Shown: positions 12,756 through 26,904, counted from the first letter of the stretch. The stretch is 64,000 nt of DNA from Felis catus (GCF_018350175.1 NC_058368.1:198340001-198404000); one strand, 5' to 3'. Numbers and translations: made by a program. Notes: generated by a model not told the origin, from the sequence alone.

Positions 12756-14800
12756 ATAGTGGCACAGCCAGGCCTAGAACCTGATTCTTGAAGCAACTTT
12801 CTGTCACCTGTTATTTCCTCCCAGCTGCTGTCTGAAAGCCTTTAGTTCCGATTTGCTAACTTGAAGTTGTGTATGCAATGCTTCCTCCACAGTGCTCCTG
12901 GCCCCTGACCTTTGATGCTGTAAAAGCAAGAGGCCAAGGCCAGGGCATTTCCTCCTGACCAACATTTGCCAAAGAGCAGAGCTGTCCTAGCAGGGGAGGG
13001 AGGATGGGGGGGGGGGAGGGGTTGAGGGGAGGAAGGGGCAAAAGCCAGGGCGAGCCAAACCAGGGGAAACTGCAAGAAATCTATCCCCACACATGTTCTT
13101 TTTCTGCCAGGGCTTCAGTGACAACTTCACTTTTTTATTTTGAGACCCAGTGGAAAATGTGGCCTGGAATGGGGGTGGGGGGAGGTGTGAACATAAATGC
13201 ACATAAAAACAAGAGATATTCATTTGAGCCATACAGTAAAGAATGAAAGGCCCACTGCTACTTAAACCTCCTTCACCACCTCACCCTATTCCTTCATTTG
13301 TGGAGCAGGAGGCCGTTGAGGCCTCCAAATATCAACCTCTCCCGGCTTGGAGCCAAGTGGTGACATTTCTGCATAGTGTTTTGCTGCCAAGACCCTGACT
13401 TAAAAAATGGAAGAGTCAAAGTTTCTCCCGCTTACTGCCTGATAAGAGATGCAGGTGCATTTGTAAGGTTCTCTCTGAGTTAGTTTCTCATGTTGCAAGA
13501 TTCCACGAGTACTGGTGGAGTTGTGCTTCTTGCCACCAAGAAGAGCTGGGTTTCTGGCCGTGGATATCATTCCTGAAGATTCCTCAAGGGACTCCGCTCT
13601 TGAACTGGTAAATGGCCATGAATCAGGAGGAGAAATGAGGAGCTAGTGAAGTGGTCGTAAACAAACCCTCGACACACAGGAACTACTGGGTTCTCTTCCC
13701 TCATTTCTGTCGCTCGTCCATTTATTCATTCAAACGGTATTCTCTCAGGGATCAAGAAGGTCACCCTCTACAGGAAAGATATCAAAAACGTGATTCATTA
13801 TTGCACAATGTACATTCAGAACGCTCTTAACGCAAACAACAGAAAGTATGACTCCATCAGGCCCAAACAGGGAAGGAAATCTATTGGCTCACATGATTGA
13901 AAACTCCCCAAGGGGTTTGCCTCAGCCAGCTCCCTCTCCGTGGCTCAGTCCCCGAGTTTCTTGTCCATCCCTGCCCCCATTCTCTGTCTTCTGGGGTATT
14001 GGCTGCATTCCTTCACAGTCTCAAGATGACCAGTGCTACAGCCTTCTTCGTCCAGACAGAAAGAGATAGTGTCTTTGCCCCAGCACTCCCAGAGAGTGTC
14101 CTGGCTGTCAGTCTGGTTCAAGAGTGGCACCCGGGGCCTTATGCTGAGTGAATCAATCACATGATCCGAAGATGGTCACGTGCTGCACTAAGGAGGCAAG
14201 GTATGGGCAGCACGGGAATCCCTAAATGGAACTGAGAGTGGGGAAAAGGAAGGAAGATATACCAAGAAATGTCCATTTCAGAGAAAGGCCTTAGGCAGGG
14301 TGCTAACAGGGCACACGGAAGCACAAGAGAGATCTTCCTCAGCCTGGGCAAGCCCTGGGGGATTTCTACAGGAGTGAAGCATGCAGAAGGAAGGAGTTTA
14401 AATTGATCGACCCCTAGAAGACATTAACCAGGTACTAAAGCTGGAAGCTTCCCTTAGTTAAAAAAGGATGAAGGCATGAAATTGATGTCCAAAGATAAAA
14501 AGTCCAGGAGCAGACTTCATGCCAGGACTCAAGACGCTGTGTGTTGGGAACTTGTGTCTGTGTCTTAAATTCTCAGAAAAGAAGGCGAAAATATTTGAAT
14601 GTGTCTGAAGAGAGCTGTTCATAAGAAGGTTCTGGTTCCAGGGACAGTGTATATACTCTACCGTTTTAACAAGACAAGGCCAGGCTCGAATCCCACAAAT
14701 CTGGCCTTGAGTCTCAGCTCCACCAGTCACTCAGTGTGGCCATGGGAAGGTCACTTAACCTCACCGCTTAACCCCTTCATCTTTAAAATTTGGATAGCAT

Positions 14801-15018
14801 GGCGCCTGGGTGGCTCAGTCGGTTGAGCGTCCGACTTCAGCTCGGGTCATGATCTCACAGTTCGTGAGTTCAAGCCCCGCGTCGGGCTCTGTGCTGACAG
14901 CTCAGAGCCTGGAGCCTGCTTCGGATTCTGTGTCTCCCTCTCTCTGCCCCTACCCCGCTCATGCTCTGTCTCTCTCTGTCTCTCAAAGATGAATAAACAT
15001 TAAAAAAAATTTTTTTAA
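14801..15018 (+). mobile_element. CAN-SINE inserted in a MIR
   Basis: TSD taaaatttggatagca at 14784-14799 and 15019-15034. Confidence 0.95.
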
Positions 15019-15072
15019 TAAAATTTGGATAGCAGGACTTCCTTTCCTGAGTGATTATAAAAAGCAGGATTA

Positions 15073-15298
15073 GGGGCGCATGGGTGACTCAGTTGGTTAA
15101 GCATCTGACTTTTGATTTCAGCTCAGGTCATGATCTCACGGTGCTGGAATCGAGTCCTTCTTCTGGCTCTGTGCTGAGTGCGCAGCCTGCTTAGGATTCT
15201 CTCCCTTTCCCTGTGCCCTAAACCTGTCTGCTGTCTCTCTCCCCCCCCCCTCTCTCGCTCTCTCTCTCTCAAAATAAACAAACATTAAAACTATTTTT
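15073..15298 (+). mobile_element. CAN-SINE, older type
   Basis: Diverged head, CT tract, aaaataaac tail; flanked by aaagcag. Confidence 0.9.
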
Positions 15299-17575
15299 AA
15301 AGCAGAAATAATGCCTCAAAGTGTCCAGCGTGAAGCACCCTTTAAGTAACCATTTCTATTGTTACTCAAAAGGAGCTGCCTGTCTGGGATGACTTTGAAG
15401 GTCGGAAGACGAATGCGCACTTTCTGGAAGAGACTGGCTTTAGACAAGACCTAAGCACAGACCTAAGCACTTAAAGGGAATGGTGTAAGGGACATGCTGA
15501 TGCCACTGGGGTCCCCACTCAGATTCCAGCAACATTTCCCCTGGATTCACATACCTGGGCATTCCTGGCAGAAGATCCCCCTCCTGGGAAAGGCTTTAGT
15601 CTAGGGAAATCAAGTCTGGCACATGAGCTCAGTTCCAGGTAATAGACTCACGTTAGAGAGGAAAGGTGATAAAACCCACATGTTACCTGAAATCAGGACA
15701 TTTCTGGTCTTGCTCCCAGTGGCTGGGTCCTAAGGGACAAGAGACCGTAGGAAACAAGAACATAACCATGGTGGGAGCCCCAGTGGACAGCGTTGGGATG
15801 GCCCAAAGGAGGGCATAAGAGGGAGTGATGGTAACTTCCAGGTGGGGCTGGGATTAAAATGAGTGGGAGCCCAAAACGGATAAGAGTTTGTGGCAGGGCC
15901 ACCTCAGCCCAATCCGGACAGAAGAATGGGAGGGAGGCATCCCAGTAAGTGGACAGGAGAGAAAGACAGAGATCTGTGCTTTAGCAGCAGGGGACACATG
16001 ACATGGCTTTGAAGCACAGCTACAACAGTTCAGTGGCACTGGTGTCCTCAGTGGAAATGAATACGTCATGCCCCAACACAGACATCGCCACAGGGCGTCA
16101 GCTGAGTGCAAGCGTCACATGGCCGCTGAGAGTGCCACGCTGGCGAGCACACGTGGCCAGCCCTGGGGACGCCCATGAACCGCTAGGGGCAGGGATTCTG
16201 CAGTGCTGACCAAAGGCAGGGCCAGACAGACCGTGCCACCTTACTCTACTGCTGGCCAAGGAAAGCTGGGTGCCACGAATCCACCATTCCCTGAGCACTA
16301 CACAATCACTTTCGTGCCAACTCAAACTGACAGGAGCATGTACGTCATATTGTGCCTTCAGGAAACCGTGATTTCATGTTGTTACAGCTTCGCCTTTTGC
16401 CGGAGATAACTAAGAATGTTTTCATATATACAAAAAAACCTACCATAATGGCAACTTTTACTAAGCTTTCCAACCTTATGTAAACAATCCTGCTAATGAC
16501 TTTCTCCTACTAGGCAAGGAATGTTTGTCCGTCGTGTTGGACTGGCACACGTCCTTCCTTCCTTTTCTGTTCTTTTCTCTTTTTTTCTTTGTTTTAAATG
16601 AGAGCTAGAGAATCTATTGAAGTTTTCTTTTTCCTTGGCCACTGGGACAGTAAGAGCGAAATGTGGCACACAATTGGAGGACCATTTGCGTGGATAGATT
16701 TTATGGTAAAACTCCTCCCAACCCTCTCATCTTCAACATGGCGCATGTTCTGGGTGTTTCAGTTATCACTGTTATTTTTATTATAATTCTATGTTGCTAT
16801 GCCTTTCTGGTCAGTCACCTAAAGCATTTGTTGGAAGTAATTGGAATGAACTTAACCAAAATGCATAAGTGTTGAGAAAGTATGTAAAAATTTAATCTTT
16901 CCCAGGGCAGAGAACTCTTTCTTTTGAACCTCCTATCATTTTCTCCTTAGGCTCTCAGAGCTGAGAATAATGCTGCCTTATTTTTCCAATATATTTTCAT
17001 CTGAGGCAATTCTTTGTTCTGTCAAATAGATTTATTTTCTTTATCAGACAGAAACATGAGCAAAAGAAAATGACCTCACTGCATATGATTCCTGACACAA
17101 TACCCAGGGCTCCAGACTGTAATAAAATTTGGTTTTACAAATGACTTAAGAAACATTTTTGGTTTTGAACACCTTTGCGAAGAAGCCCTGTTTGAAAGTG
17201 TCCACTGTTGTTAATTCCTTAGTGACAGTGCAGACATGCTCTTGCCTTGATCTTTATGTTAGTGTTGAGTAATGAAGGGCTGGTCCTTAGGTTCCTGATC
17301 CTGCTTTTATTTAAAAAAAAAAAAAGCTGTATTAAATGATAACACTTACTTACTGCAGTCAGTACATTTGTATTTACAGAGACACACAAATAGGTATACA
17401 AAGAGCTTTCGTTAAGTGAACACACCCAGAGAACCACAACCAACGGTAAGAAATAAAATTTACCCCAGTCACTGACCTCTTGCCCCTCCCCCACCCCTGT
17501 ACCCCACCTGTCCCCCCCCCAGAAAGTAAGCATTGTTACCACAGCCCTTTTACCACATACAGCAATTATTTATTT

Positions 17576-17799
17576 ATTTATTTTTAATTTTTTTTAAACG
17601 TTTATTTATTTTTGAGACAGAGAGAGACAGAGCATGAACGGGGGAGAGTCAGAGAGAGAGGGAGACACAGAATCTGAAACAGGCTCCAGGCTCTGAGCTG
17701 TCAGCACAGAGCCCGATGCGGGGCTTGAACTCACGGACCGCGAGATCATGACCTGAGCCGAAGTCGGCCGCTTAACCGACTGAGCCACCCAGGCGCCCC
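17576..17799 (-). mobile_element. CAN-SINE inserted in an L1M fragment
   Basis: TSD agcaattatttattt on both sides. Confidence 0.95.
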
Positions 17800-17814
17800 A
17801 GCAATTATTTATTT

Positions 17815-18540
17815 TTAATGGTCTGTGCCGGTATTTGCTTATGTAAAATACCACAAATCGTGTATCCATTCCACTAGAGATTCCCACTTGGGTTGTTTAA
17901 AGTTTCTGGCCCTTCTATAAAATACTGCTATGAATATTCTTAAGTGACTTTTAGTGAACATATGTATGGATATACCTACTTGTTCTGGGTCATATATTTT
18001 GTGTGTGATCAACTTTAGCAGATACTAGGAAGTGATTCTGCCAATTTACACCCTCATTAGCAGTATATGAGAGTTCCAGGTGCTCCACATCCTTGCCAAC
18101 ACTTGTTATCACCATTTTAGTGCTAAGTAATGAAGTTGAACTCTTGTCTTATGTTTATTGGTCATTTGGATATGCTTCTTTGATGAAGGTCTGTTAAAGT
18201 CTTTTGTCCATTCTTCTAGCCTACAACAACATCATGAAGATACTCTCCTATGGTTTCTTTAGAAGCTTTACTTACTTACTTACTTCTTTTTACACTTAGG
18301 TTGACAGTACATATGGAACAGTGTATGAGGTGCGGGTTAAGATTTATTTTTTCCATGTCTACATACAGTTGAACCGGCACAATTTATTATAGACTATCCT
18401 GTGCTACAGTGTTACTTGCGTCATAAAATCGTTTGTATGTGCGTGGATCCGTTTCTGTGATCCGTTTTGTGGATTTGTAATATGATTCATTGTTCTATGT
18501 GTATTCCATTCACCAACAAATATGATTTTAAATTGGAACA
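17815..18540 (-). mobile_element. Old L1 (L1ME-like) ORF2/3' fragment
   Basis: cagcagtatatgagagttccag...ctccacatccttgccaacactt; atgtttattggtcatttggatat. Confidence 0.8.
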
Positions 18541-18769
18541 TTGGTCTGTAACATCTGATATTCTGGAATGCCTGACTCTAGGTTGCCTGGTAGCCTTGGC
18601 ATAAAGTTCTGAGATAGTGAAACCAGCTAATGAAGAAAATCCAGTCTGAATATTACAACCAGAAAGAATAGTGGATATTATTTAATCCAATTCCCTTGTT
18701 TTTAAAATGAGAAAAGAGGTCTACCCAAGTGTGCTTGGTATACCCAAGTACCTTCTCTTTACCCAGCCA

Positions 18770-19090
18770 CACCCAGTCTCCATCCTTCTTCACCTGCTCA
18801 GCCCCTGGAGACCCCCACATCAGCAGGCTCTCTTATCTTCTGATTTCCACACGGTTCAGCTTATAGGAACATTGACTTGAGGATGGAAGAAAGTGAGATC
18901 AGATATTTACTCCCTTAGCAATCCCCCTGTGAGCTACCTGATTCTCTCCACAAAAAGTGGTGGCTTCTGATGGGTGGCTTTCTCCACACAGCCCTCTTCT
19001 TCCAGATGCCAATGACCACTTAACTGCTTTTGTGCCAGGCATGGGGTGTCAACAGTATCCCAGTGTTACTAGACTCAGGATAGCACATGG
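18770..19090. mobile_element. LTR33-like fragment
   Basis: agtgagatcagatatttactccc...ggtggctttctccacacagccctc...ccagtgttactagac. Confidence 0.55.
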
Positions 19091-20604
19091 GGATTCTGAC
19101 ACTGCATGACTAGAGGCATCCATGTTCCAGACAAAAAAATGGGAGATAAAACCCAATGGAGGTTCAATGGCGGTTTCTAGAAACTACCACGTGACACTTC
19201 TGCTCATTAGCCAGAACTTGCTCGCTTGGCCACAGCAAGCTGTAAGGCTGAGAAATGTTCTAGATAACCAAATGCCAAGCTAAAACTCTGACAAGCTAAG
19301 AATATCACTAGAGGATAGCAAGCAGTTTCTACCACCCATGCCATTTAATTGAAGTCTAGTCATTAAACATGCATGCAGTGTCACTCTGGACCACTCACTG
19401 TTCTGAGATACAGAGATGAATAATGCATGGCCCCAATTGAGTCCAACGCAGGGGAGATACCTTCCTCCAAAAAATAACCCTGTTGATCCCCATGCTAGGC
19501 ATTAGGGATCCAAGAGTGCACAAGACCAATGTCCTTGCCTTCAGACAGATGACCGTGAAGATATACCTCTGTTATGGCTCTTAGTCAATTCAGGTTACCC
19601 AGGGGAGATGTGGTGGAGAGTAGAAGAAAAGAACTGTTCTCTGAGGGAAGACACAAGTTCACCAAGTGGACGAGGAAGAGACAGAGACCTTCTAGACTCA
19701 GAAGCAGCATGAGAAAGACACAGGGTATGAAAGTACAGTGTTTTAAGGGAGCAGCAGAGATTCTTGGGAGCATAACCTACATGGAAGAGAGTGGGTAAAG
19801 AGAGAGGCTGGATGAGTTCACAGTAGCTCAGCAAGTCAGGGCCCTGCATGCCAGGCACAGGCGTTTGATGAATCCCTCCACTTACCCCACCTGCCAATCT
19901 CTTCCACTTTACATGTCATGGAGGGCTTCCAGTAAGTGAATGCTAATGCTAATATCCTATCAGGGAGTACATCAAGCTCAGGCCCAAGTTTCAACCCTCA
20001 GGAAATTTACCAGAGATCTGAATCTTGGAATTTCATCCTCCTTCTTGGCTTGAACAATCCGATGGAATTTGAGAAAAAAAAACTTGCTTGGGCTGATTTA
20101 TTCCCAAGATTGGTTGGAAAGGTAAGCAGGAGACAGGAGGGGATCAGAGGACTCTTTCTCCCACTCAGAGTTTAGAATGGCTCCAAAGGGTTTGTTTTGC
20201 AATAACAATAAGCATTTAAAATGGAAAATAGTATGTTCTCTCCATTCCGTCAGATATATCCTGAAAAAGAAGAGAAGGAGGAAGAATGACTGTAAAGGAA
20301 ACATTGCACATTTATGTGAGGAGCTACTATGTGCCAGACACTGTTCTAGGTGTTAGAACTATAGTTCTAAAAAAAAGCAACACAGAATCCCTGCTGCCCT
20401 TCAAGAATTCATACACTAACAGAGGGAAAGGGCTCTTTAATATGCTTATTATCTAATGTAGTTTCAAGTACTGATAAATTTCACGAAGTGTACAAGTACT
20501 GATAAATTTCACGAAGCGTACAAAAGAAGATAATGTGGTAGAGTGATCGAAGACTAGTTAGGGTATGAAGTACTTTCTAAGGAGTGACTTTTGAGTTAAG
20601 ACCT

Positions 20605-21059
20605 TGTATTGGTTTCCTATTGCCGCTGTAACAAATTACCAGAAACTTAGTGACTTAAAACACAAATTTATTATCTCCCAGTTCTGGAGGTTAGAAGTCC
20701 AACACGGGTGTCATTGGGCTAAAATCGAGCTATCAGCAGGGCTCTAGGAAGAATCCATTTCCCGGTCTTTTCCAACTTTTAGAGGCTGCCTGCATTCTTT
20801 AGCTGTGGCCCTCTCTCTCTGACTCCAAGCCAGCACCTTCAAGTCTCTGATTCTGATACTCACTCTCCTGTTTCTTTCCTACACCTATAAAGACTCTAAT
20901 GATTACATCGGACCCACCTAAATAATCCAGGATAATTTTCTCATCTCAAGATCCTTAACCTCATCTGCCAAGTCCCTCATGCCATGTAAGGTAACATATT
21001 CACAGGTTCCAAAGAGTAGGGTGTGGGCATCGCTGGAGGCCATTTTTCAGCCTATCATA
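20605..21059 (-). mobile_element. MaLR solo LTR (MLT1C/D-like) inserted in L2
   Basis: tgtattggtttcctattgccgctgtaacaaattacc...cagcctatcata; 5-bp TSD gacct at 20600-20604 and 21060-21064. Confidence 0.88.
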
Positions 21060-21436
21060 GACCTAAGTGGTGATACAAGGGCAGGCTTAGGAGCAAAGTG
21101 CAGATCTTAGGAAAGATATTCCAAGCAGAAGGAAGTACAAATGCAAAGGCCCTGGGATGGGAATAAATATAGCATTTTTAAGGGACAGACATATGGACAC
21201 AAGGCCATATCTCGAAGGCCACATCTCCAGGGTCTAGTTTTCTCTGTTGTACTTTGGAAAGGAGGGTTGTCCTATGGACCTGTCACATTTGAGAAATCAG
21301 ACAGAGCAGAGCAAAGCATCTTGAGTCTGAAATCACAGCCGGCAGATATTTACATGTAGATACACTCTTTGCAGCCCATTCCTGACACTTTGCCAAGGTT
21401 TTCAAAATCTTATGTTCTATTTAAAAGAAAAAACCC

Positions 21437-21666
21437 GGGGAACCTGGGTGGCTCAGTCAGTTAAGCGTCCGATTTCAACTTGGGTCATGATCTCACAGTT
21501 TGTGAGTTTGAGCCCAGCATCGGGCTCTGTGCTGACAGCTCAGAGCCTGGAGCTTGCTTCCAATTCTGTGTCTCCCTCTCCCTCTGCCCTTCCCCCACTT
21601 GCACTGTATCTCTCTCTCCTTCAAAAATTAATAAACATTAAAGAAATTGTTAAAAAGAAAAAAAAG
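21437..21666 (+). mobile_element. CAN-SINE
   Basis: TSD aaaagaaaaaaccc on both sides. Confidence 0.93.
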
Positions 21667-24198
21667 AAAAGAAAAAACCCACAGATTAACTGTATTTACC
21701 AGCAGATTTACCGGCAGATAAAATCTACAGCTGGAGGAAGGTGGAATATCAAGAATGAAATGGCACTTGTGAGAAGGTTTAGAACGTCCAGAAAACAGAT
21801 GTTTCTTTTTCCACACGAATATGCAGTTTTTAAAACAGTAAAAGCATACAGTTTAAATAGTGAAGAAAAATAAATCACACTGCATTCTACAAGTCTCACA
21901 GAATACATGCTTTTAATATTCCAGCCCAGCAGGACAGTTCAGGAGAAGGTCAAAACTTAACCTCTCCAAAATTCGCTTTTTGTTGCTCATCCTGACAACG
22001 AGGGCTGCAATATTCTTTCTCTCAAATGCAACATCTTTCTTAATCTGGGCATCTCTCCAGTTTTAGCGAACTTAAACATCTACTGAAATGCTATGGTGCA
22101 CGTAGCCACAGCTGTCGTCATGAGGTTGCTTTATCTGTGCTGTTATTACCACGTCCGAAAGGTAGAACAGATATTGTGGGGGCCCCAGAAGCCTCAGCCA
22201 TAGCCTGCAATGTGCTGTCATCTCCTGGCGGCTCAGTGGATGACACCAAGGATCAATAGGGATCAATCAGCACCCGAGGACTTTCAGACATAGACCAAGC
22301 AATAAATTACTGGTAGGTCAGCAAGTGATGGGCTGCTGGGGTTCCATCATTCCCAATTTATTCTCTCCAAAGACAGCAACTCTTATCTGCTTCTTGATAT
22401 GTTTCTAATAAAGTAGAGTATCGTATCAGATCATATTATATCGTATCATATCTGTTTTCCCTGTTTACACTATCCGCATTGTCAGACATTTTGCATTTTT
22501 CCTGTTGCTCAGTACCCTGGGCAACCTTCCGTGGCAGCGAGTTGGCATTTTTAAAGCGCCCCGTGCCAAATCGCAGACCTCATGGTTTCTCTGTGGTTCA
22601 CTGCTTGTGTCTGAAGAAGAAAGTTACTGAAATGTGTCCAGATCGTGGTTTTCAAGAGAAAGGAATCCATTGTGTATGTCACTGACTTCATCCCAATGTA
22701 TGACTTGGCTTTGGCAGTTAGTAGATTATTTTCCTTATCACATCATCTGAGATAATTAACAGTCTTTCAAGTGTCGCCTTCGTTCCTCCCATGGCTTGGG
22801 AACAGAACCCACAAGGCTTTCAAATGTGTCATCTCAACAAATATCCATATTGACAGCCTTGGTCAAGCAATTTCTCTAAGAAGATAGGTTATAAAATGAG
22901 ATCCAACTTGGATCCATTACCATAAATTATGAAACAAAGGAGTCATCATGTTTGTGAATTTACAAGAGACCTGGGAAAAAATGGTATGAATATCTTTTCA
23001 TAAATCTTATAAAGTTATGATTTGCTTTTAGGGCCACATGAAAACAGAATGAATTCTTAGTGTATTTGATGATTCCCTCTTCAAAGAGGTACAGTGCTTT
23101 CCCATAGGGATTAAATTAAGATATCATCAAAATCACAAAAATGTGGTTTTGAAAAGTGATGGATCTAAGTTAATGTCAAAAAAAAAAAAAAGATGGTGAT
23201 TTTTCTCTTTTCTCTCATAAGCAAAGCAGCCTTCTGTCTGCCCTTAGTGATCCAAGGGGACAACCTAACTCTCCATGAAGACACATCCCCAAGAATCCAG
23301 AATGACGGAGCTTACATCAGTTTGGTTTGTCTGACCCTGGCCTTGGAACTTTTTAAAAACAAAATAAATAATTCACCGTCTTGGGATATGTCATGCCCTC
23401 TTAAACAAGAAAAATGTAATCCCCAGCAACCTCTTTTTCTTGCTAGCCCCGCCTAAGCAAGCCATTTTCTAAGATATATGATATGTAGGCTTTATTATTC
23501 AGCAGGCTTGTTTTGTTATATTTCATTTTGTTACAGCTTTATTGAGATATAATTCATATATCATACAATTCACCCGTACTTGGGTTTTAGTTCCAGTTTC
23601 TCAGCTTTACTAGGCCCTCGTCTTTTTATCTGTAATATGGGAATAATAATAGTAAGACCCCACTGTTATGTTCTGCAAATTAAATGCATTTCCACAGACA
23701 GTGGAAATCTTAATGTTGTTGATTTTTGGTAATCTTAGGTACCAGATTTAGCTCAGTTCAGTACCTTATCACTTCTCCTGATTAAAAACTGACACCGTGA
23801 AAGAATTGGCCTCTCCCCCACCAAAGGATAGAGCTGGGTTCCCTGGGGGCCCTTGTGACATCGTGACTAGTTTGCACCCACTGGTGCTGCCACTGTGGAG
23901 ACATCTCCCTTCTCGTGGACTGAGCGGTGCAAGGAGATGGGGTTTCATGAATCTTGGTGGACTCCTCTGCCATCTGGGGCCCCAGAAGCCACTTTCTGTC
24001 ACCTCTGCTGGCCTCCACATGTTTGATGGAGCAGGGGCAGGCGTAGGCCTTCAGCTCTCAAGAGGCCCAGGCCTGAGAAGGAAAAATGGAACAGTCTATG
24101 CAGGCAGGTGTGTCTAATGGGTCACTGGAGCCATGTGGTATTCCACATTAATCTATTTATTTCCCTGGGAATCTAATCTTACCTCATCACCCCCCCCC

Positions 24199-24217
24199 CA
24201 CACCCACACACACACAG

Positions 24218-24257
<40 letters not shown>
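24199..24257. repeat. (CA)n microsatellite, interrupted
   Basis: Visible CA run. Confidence 0.93.
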
Positions 24258-24258
<1 letters not shown>

Positions 24259-24420
24259 GTTTGTTTCTTTCTCTGGGTGCAGATTCTTACTTATTTTTCT
24301 CTCTTGGATGATGAAATCTGAAGGGTTTCATAATTTTAGATTACAACTCTATGTCCTCCCTTCTTGCTTCCCTTCTTTGCTCCGTGATACCCTGTATCTA
24401 AAGTGTTCCCCTGCATGGGA

Positions 24421-24872
24421 TGTTACGGGTTAAATAATACATCCCTTCCAAAATGTACAAGTTGGAGTCCTAGCCCCCAGTACCTCAGAGTGTAACCTTA
24501 TTAAAGAATAGGGTCTTTGCAGACGTAATCAGTTGAGATGAGGTCATATCATTAGGGTGGATCCCTAGTCCAGTATAACTAGCATCCTTTTAAAAGGGGA
24601 AATTTGGACACAAAACACACACAGGGAGATAAAGGCAAGATCAGGATGATGATGCTACAAGCCAAGGAACACCAAAGATTGTCAGAAAACTACCAAAAGC
24701 TAGGAAAGAGGCCTGGAACAGATTCTTCCTCAGAGGCCTCAGAAGGAATCAACTCTGCCAACACCATGATCTTGGACTTCTAGAAGTCCAGAACTGTCAG
24801 ACAATAAATTTCTGATGTTTAAGCCCCCCAGTTTTTGGTACTTTGTTACAGCAGCCCAAAGAACTTAATACA
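24421..24872 (+). mobile_element. MaLR solo LTR (MLT1B/C-like)
   Basis: TGTTACGGGTT...agggtctttgcagacgtaat...aataaatttctg...ctttgttacagcagcc...taataCA. Confidence 0.88.
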
Positions 24873-26043
24873 CAGGACATATTGTGTTGCCTTTCCAGCC
24901 CACCATTGTTCTGGAAAATCTGCCTCCCTCCCCACCTACCACAGGAGCAGCCATGTTGAACAACATGACTCTGACCTTGGCTCGAGTTCATTGGGAACTT
25001 GCACTGGAGGCCAGAAAGTTAAGTCTCCAGCAATGGAAGCTGAAGAAAATAAAACTAGACAGCCGCCAACAACCTTGTTTTCCACAATAACAGCAAAAAG
25101 CCAGTCTACCACAAAACAAAGCTGGCACTCAGGGAAGCAGAGGTGAGGCTGGGAGAGGCTGGCAGATTTCCAGCCTTGGCTCCCAAACCCCAGCTCTATC
25201 AGGACCTGGCTGTGACTTGAGGTCCACGAGACTGGTGTGACCAGCCAGTAAATTCCTGTTTTGCTCAAGCTGTATACAAGGTCTGTGGCACGTGCATCTC
25301 AGCCTTCTAGTTAATATAATCTCCAAAACTCATGCACTCTTATTTTAATAGTAAGTGGAACATTGCTGCTCTAAGTAAGTGACTATGTTCTCATCAGCAT
25401 GGATGCAGGATCCAGAAAAGAGCCTTAATGGAAATGAAACTTGGCGAAAAACATATTACAAGTTTAGTTGAAACATTCTTTCTTTGTTGAAACTTTAAGT
25501 CACCAGAAAGAGCAAGAAATGATTAATTTCTTTACCTTTTAAATGAAAACCAAAAATAATTCAGTAACAGGCAACTTTTATCTTTCATTAACATATTGGA
25601 ATCTTTGTTAACTTATAGACACAGCCTAGTTCTCTCATTAATTAAAAGTCATTTTGCAGAGCTGATTGGGATGTCTGTGAAAAGTTGGAGTCGTTTCAAC
25701 TATTTATTATGTTTTTGTTAGCTTTATTTTCAAAGAATTTACTAGCCCTGTGATAAGTTTCAAATGCCTGGCATTTTGCCTGAGAAAATGTTTGCTATTT
25801 AGTATATTAACAATGAGGACTTTTCCTGTCTACCCATTACCACATTTTGTAAAATCTAAGAAAATAATTACTTAGTTTTCATTTTGATTTACACACGTCT
25901 TAATGGCTACTAATATATCTAGAGATGTAATCTAAAAATCTACTAACTGTATGTCAGAAAAGATGAAGCAAGTGAAATTTGATGCTGGAGATTAGGAAAA
26001 AAATTCAGCAGTTTTTATGCGATTTTGCATACTAATCGGGGAA

Positions 26044-26576
26044 TGTATTAGTTTTCTGTTACTGCGTAAAAGTGAACTCCAGAACTTAATGGCTAAAAAT
26101 GGCACCAAATATTTATCTCACCCAGTTTCTGGAGTCAGGGCTTGGAGAGTGGCTTCCGTGGGTAGTTCTGGCTGCAAGGTTTGCCTGAGGTTGCTCTCAA
26201 GGTATTGGCCACGGTTATGACCTTCGAAGATTTGGCTGGGACTGGAACAGTCCCTTGCAAGGGGGCTTACTCCTATGGCTGGTAAATTGACATTGGCTGT
26301 GGGCGGGGGGCCTCGATCCTCGAGGGTCCCTCTCACAGTGCTACTTAAGCATCTTGATGACAACACAGCCGGCTTCACCCAGAGTCAGTAATCCAAGAGA
26401 GAGCAAAGTTAAGAAGCTATAATTTTTTGATGACCACACCTGAGGTGCCATGCTCTGTCATTTCGACAATATCCTAGTGATTACATGAGTTGGCCCCATT
26501 CAAAATGGGAGGGTAAGAATATGGGGAGGCAAAAAATCATTTGGAGCCTTCAACCATCTAGGAGGCTTCCCGTTCA
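26044..26576 (-). mobile_element. MaLR LTR (MLT1F/H-like)
   Basis: tgtattagttttctgttactgcgtaa...aacttaatggctaaaa...tttatctcacccagtttctggagtcagg. Confidence 0.75.
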
Positions 26577-26714
26577 ATTATATGGGAAAAGAGAATTCTA
26601 TGTAAAAGAGTACAGAAAATATTTTACAAAATGAATATAGTTAAGAAAATATTGTAAAAAATTAATCAGAGAATTATACAATCAGAGAATTCTAGAATCA
26701 GAAAGAAACTTGGA

Positions 26715-26861
26715 GGGCTCCTGGATGGCTTAGTTGGTTAGGCATCCGACTTCGGCTCGGGTCATGATCTCACGGTTGGTGGGTTCAAGCCCACATGCTC
26801 AGAGCCTGGAGCCTGCTTCAGATTCTGTGTCTCCCCCTCTCTCTGCCCCTCCCCCACTCAT

Positions 26862-26904
<43 letters not shown>

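Noticed and set aside
15061..15076. aaagcaggatt before a SINE head, also seen at 44494-44510
   Set aside because: Only 11 bp match, and the flanks and SINE heads differ, so it is not the donor of the captured segment.
19483..19513. Short imperfect hairpin gatccc-atgc/gcat-gggatc
   Set aside because: Too short and imperfect to exceed chance; not pre-miRNA sized.
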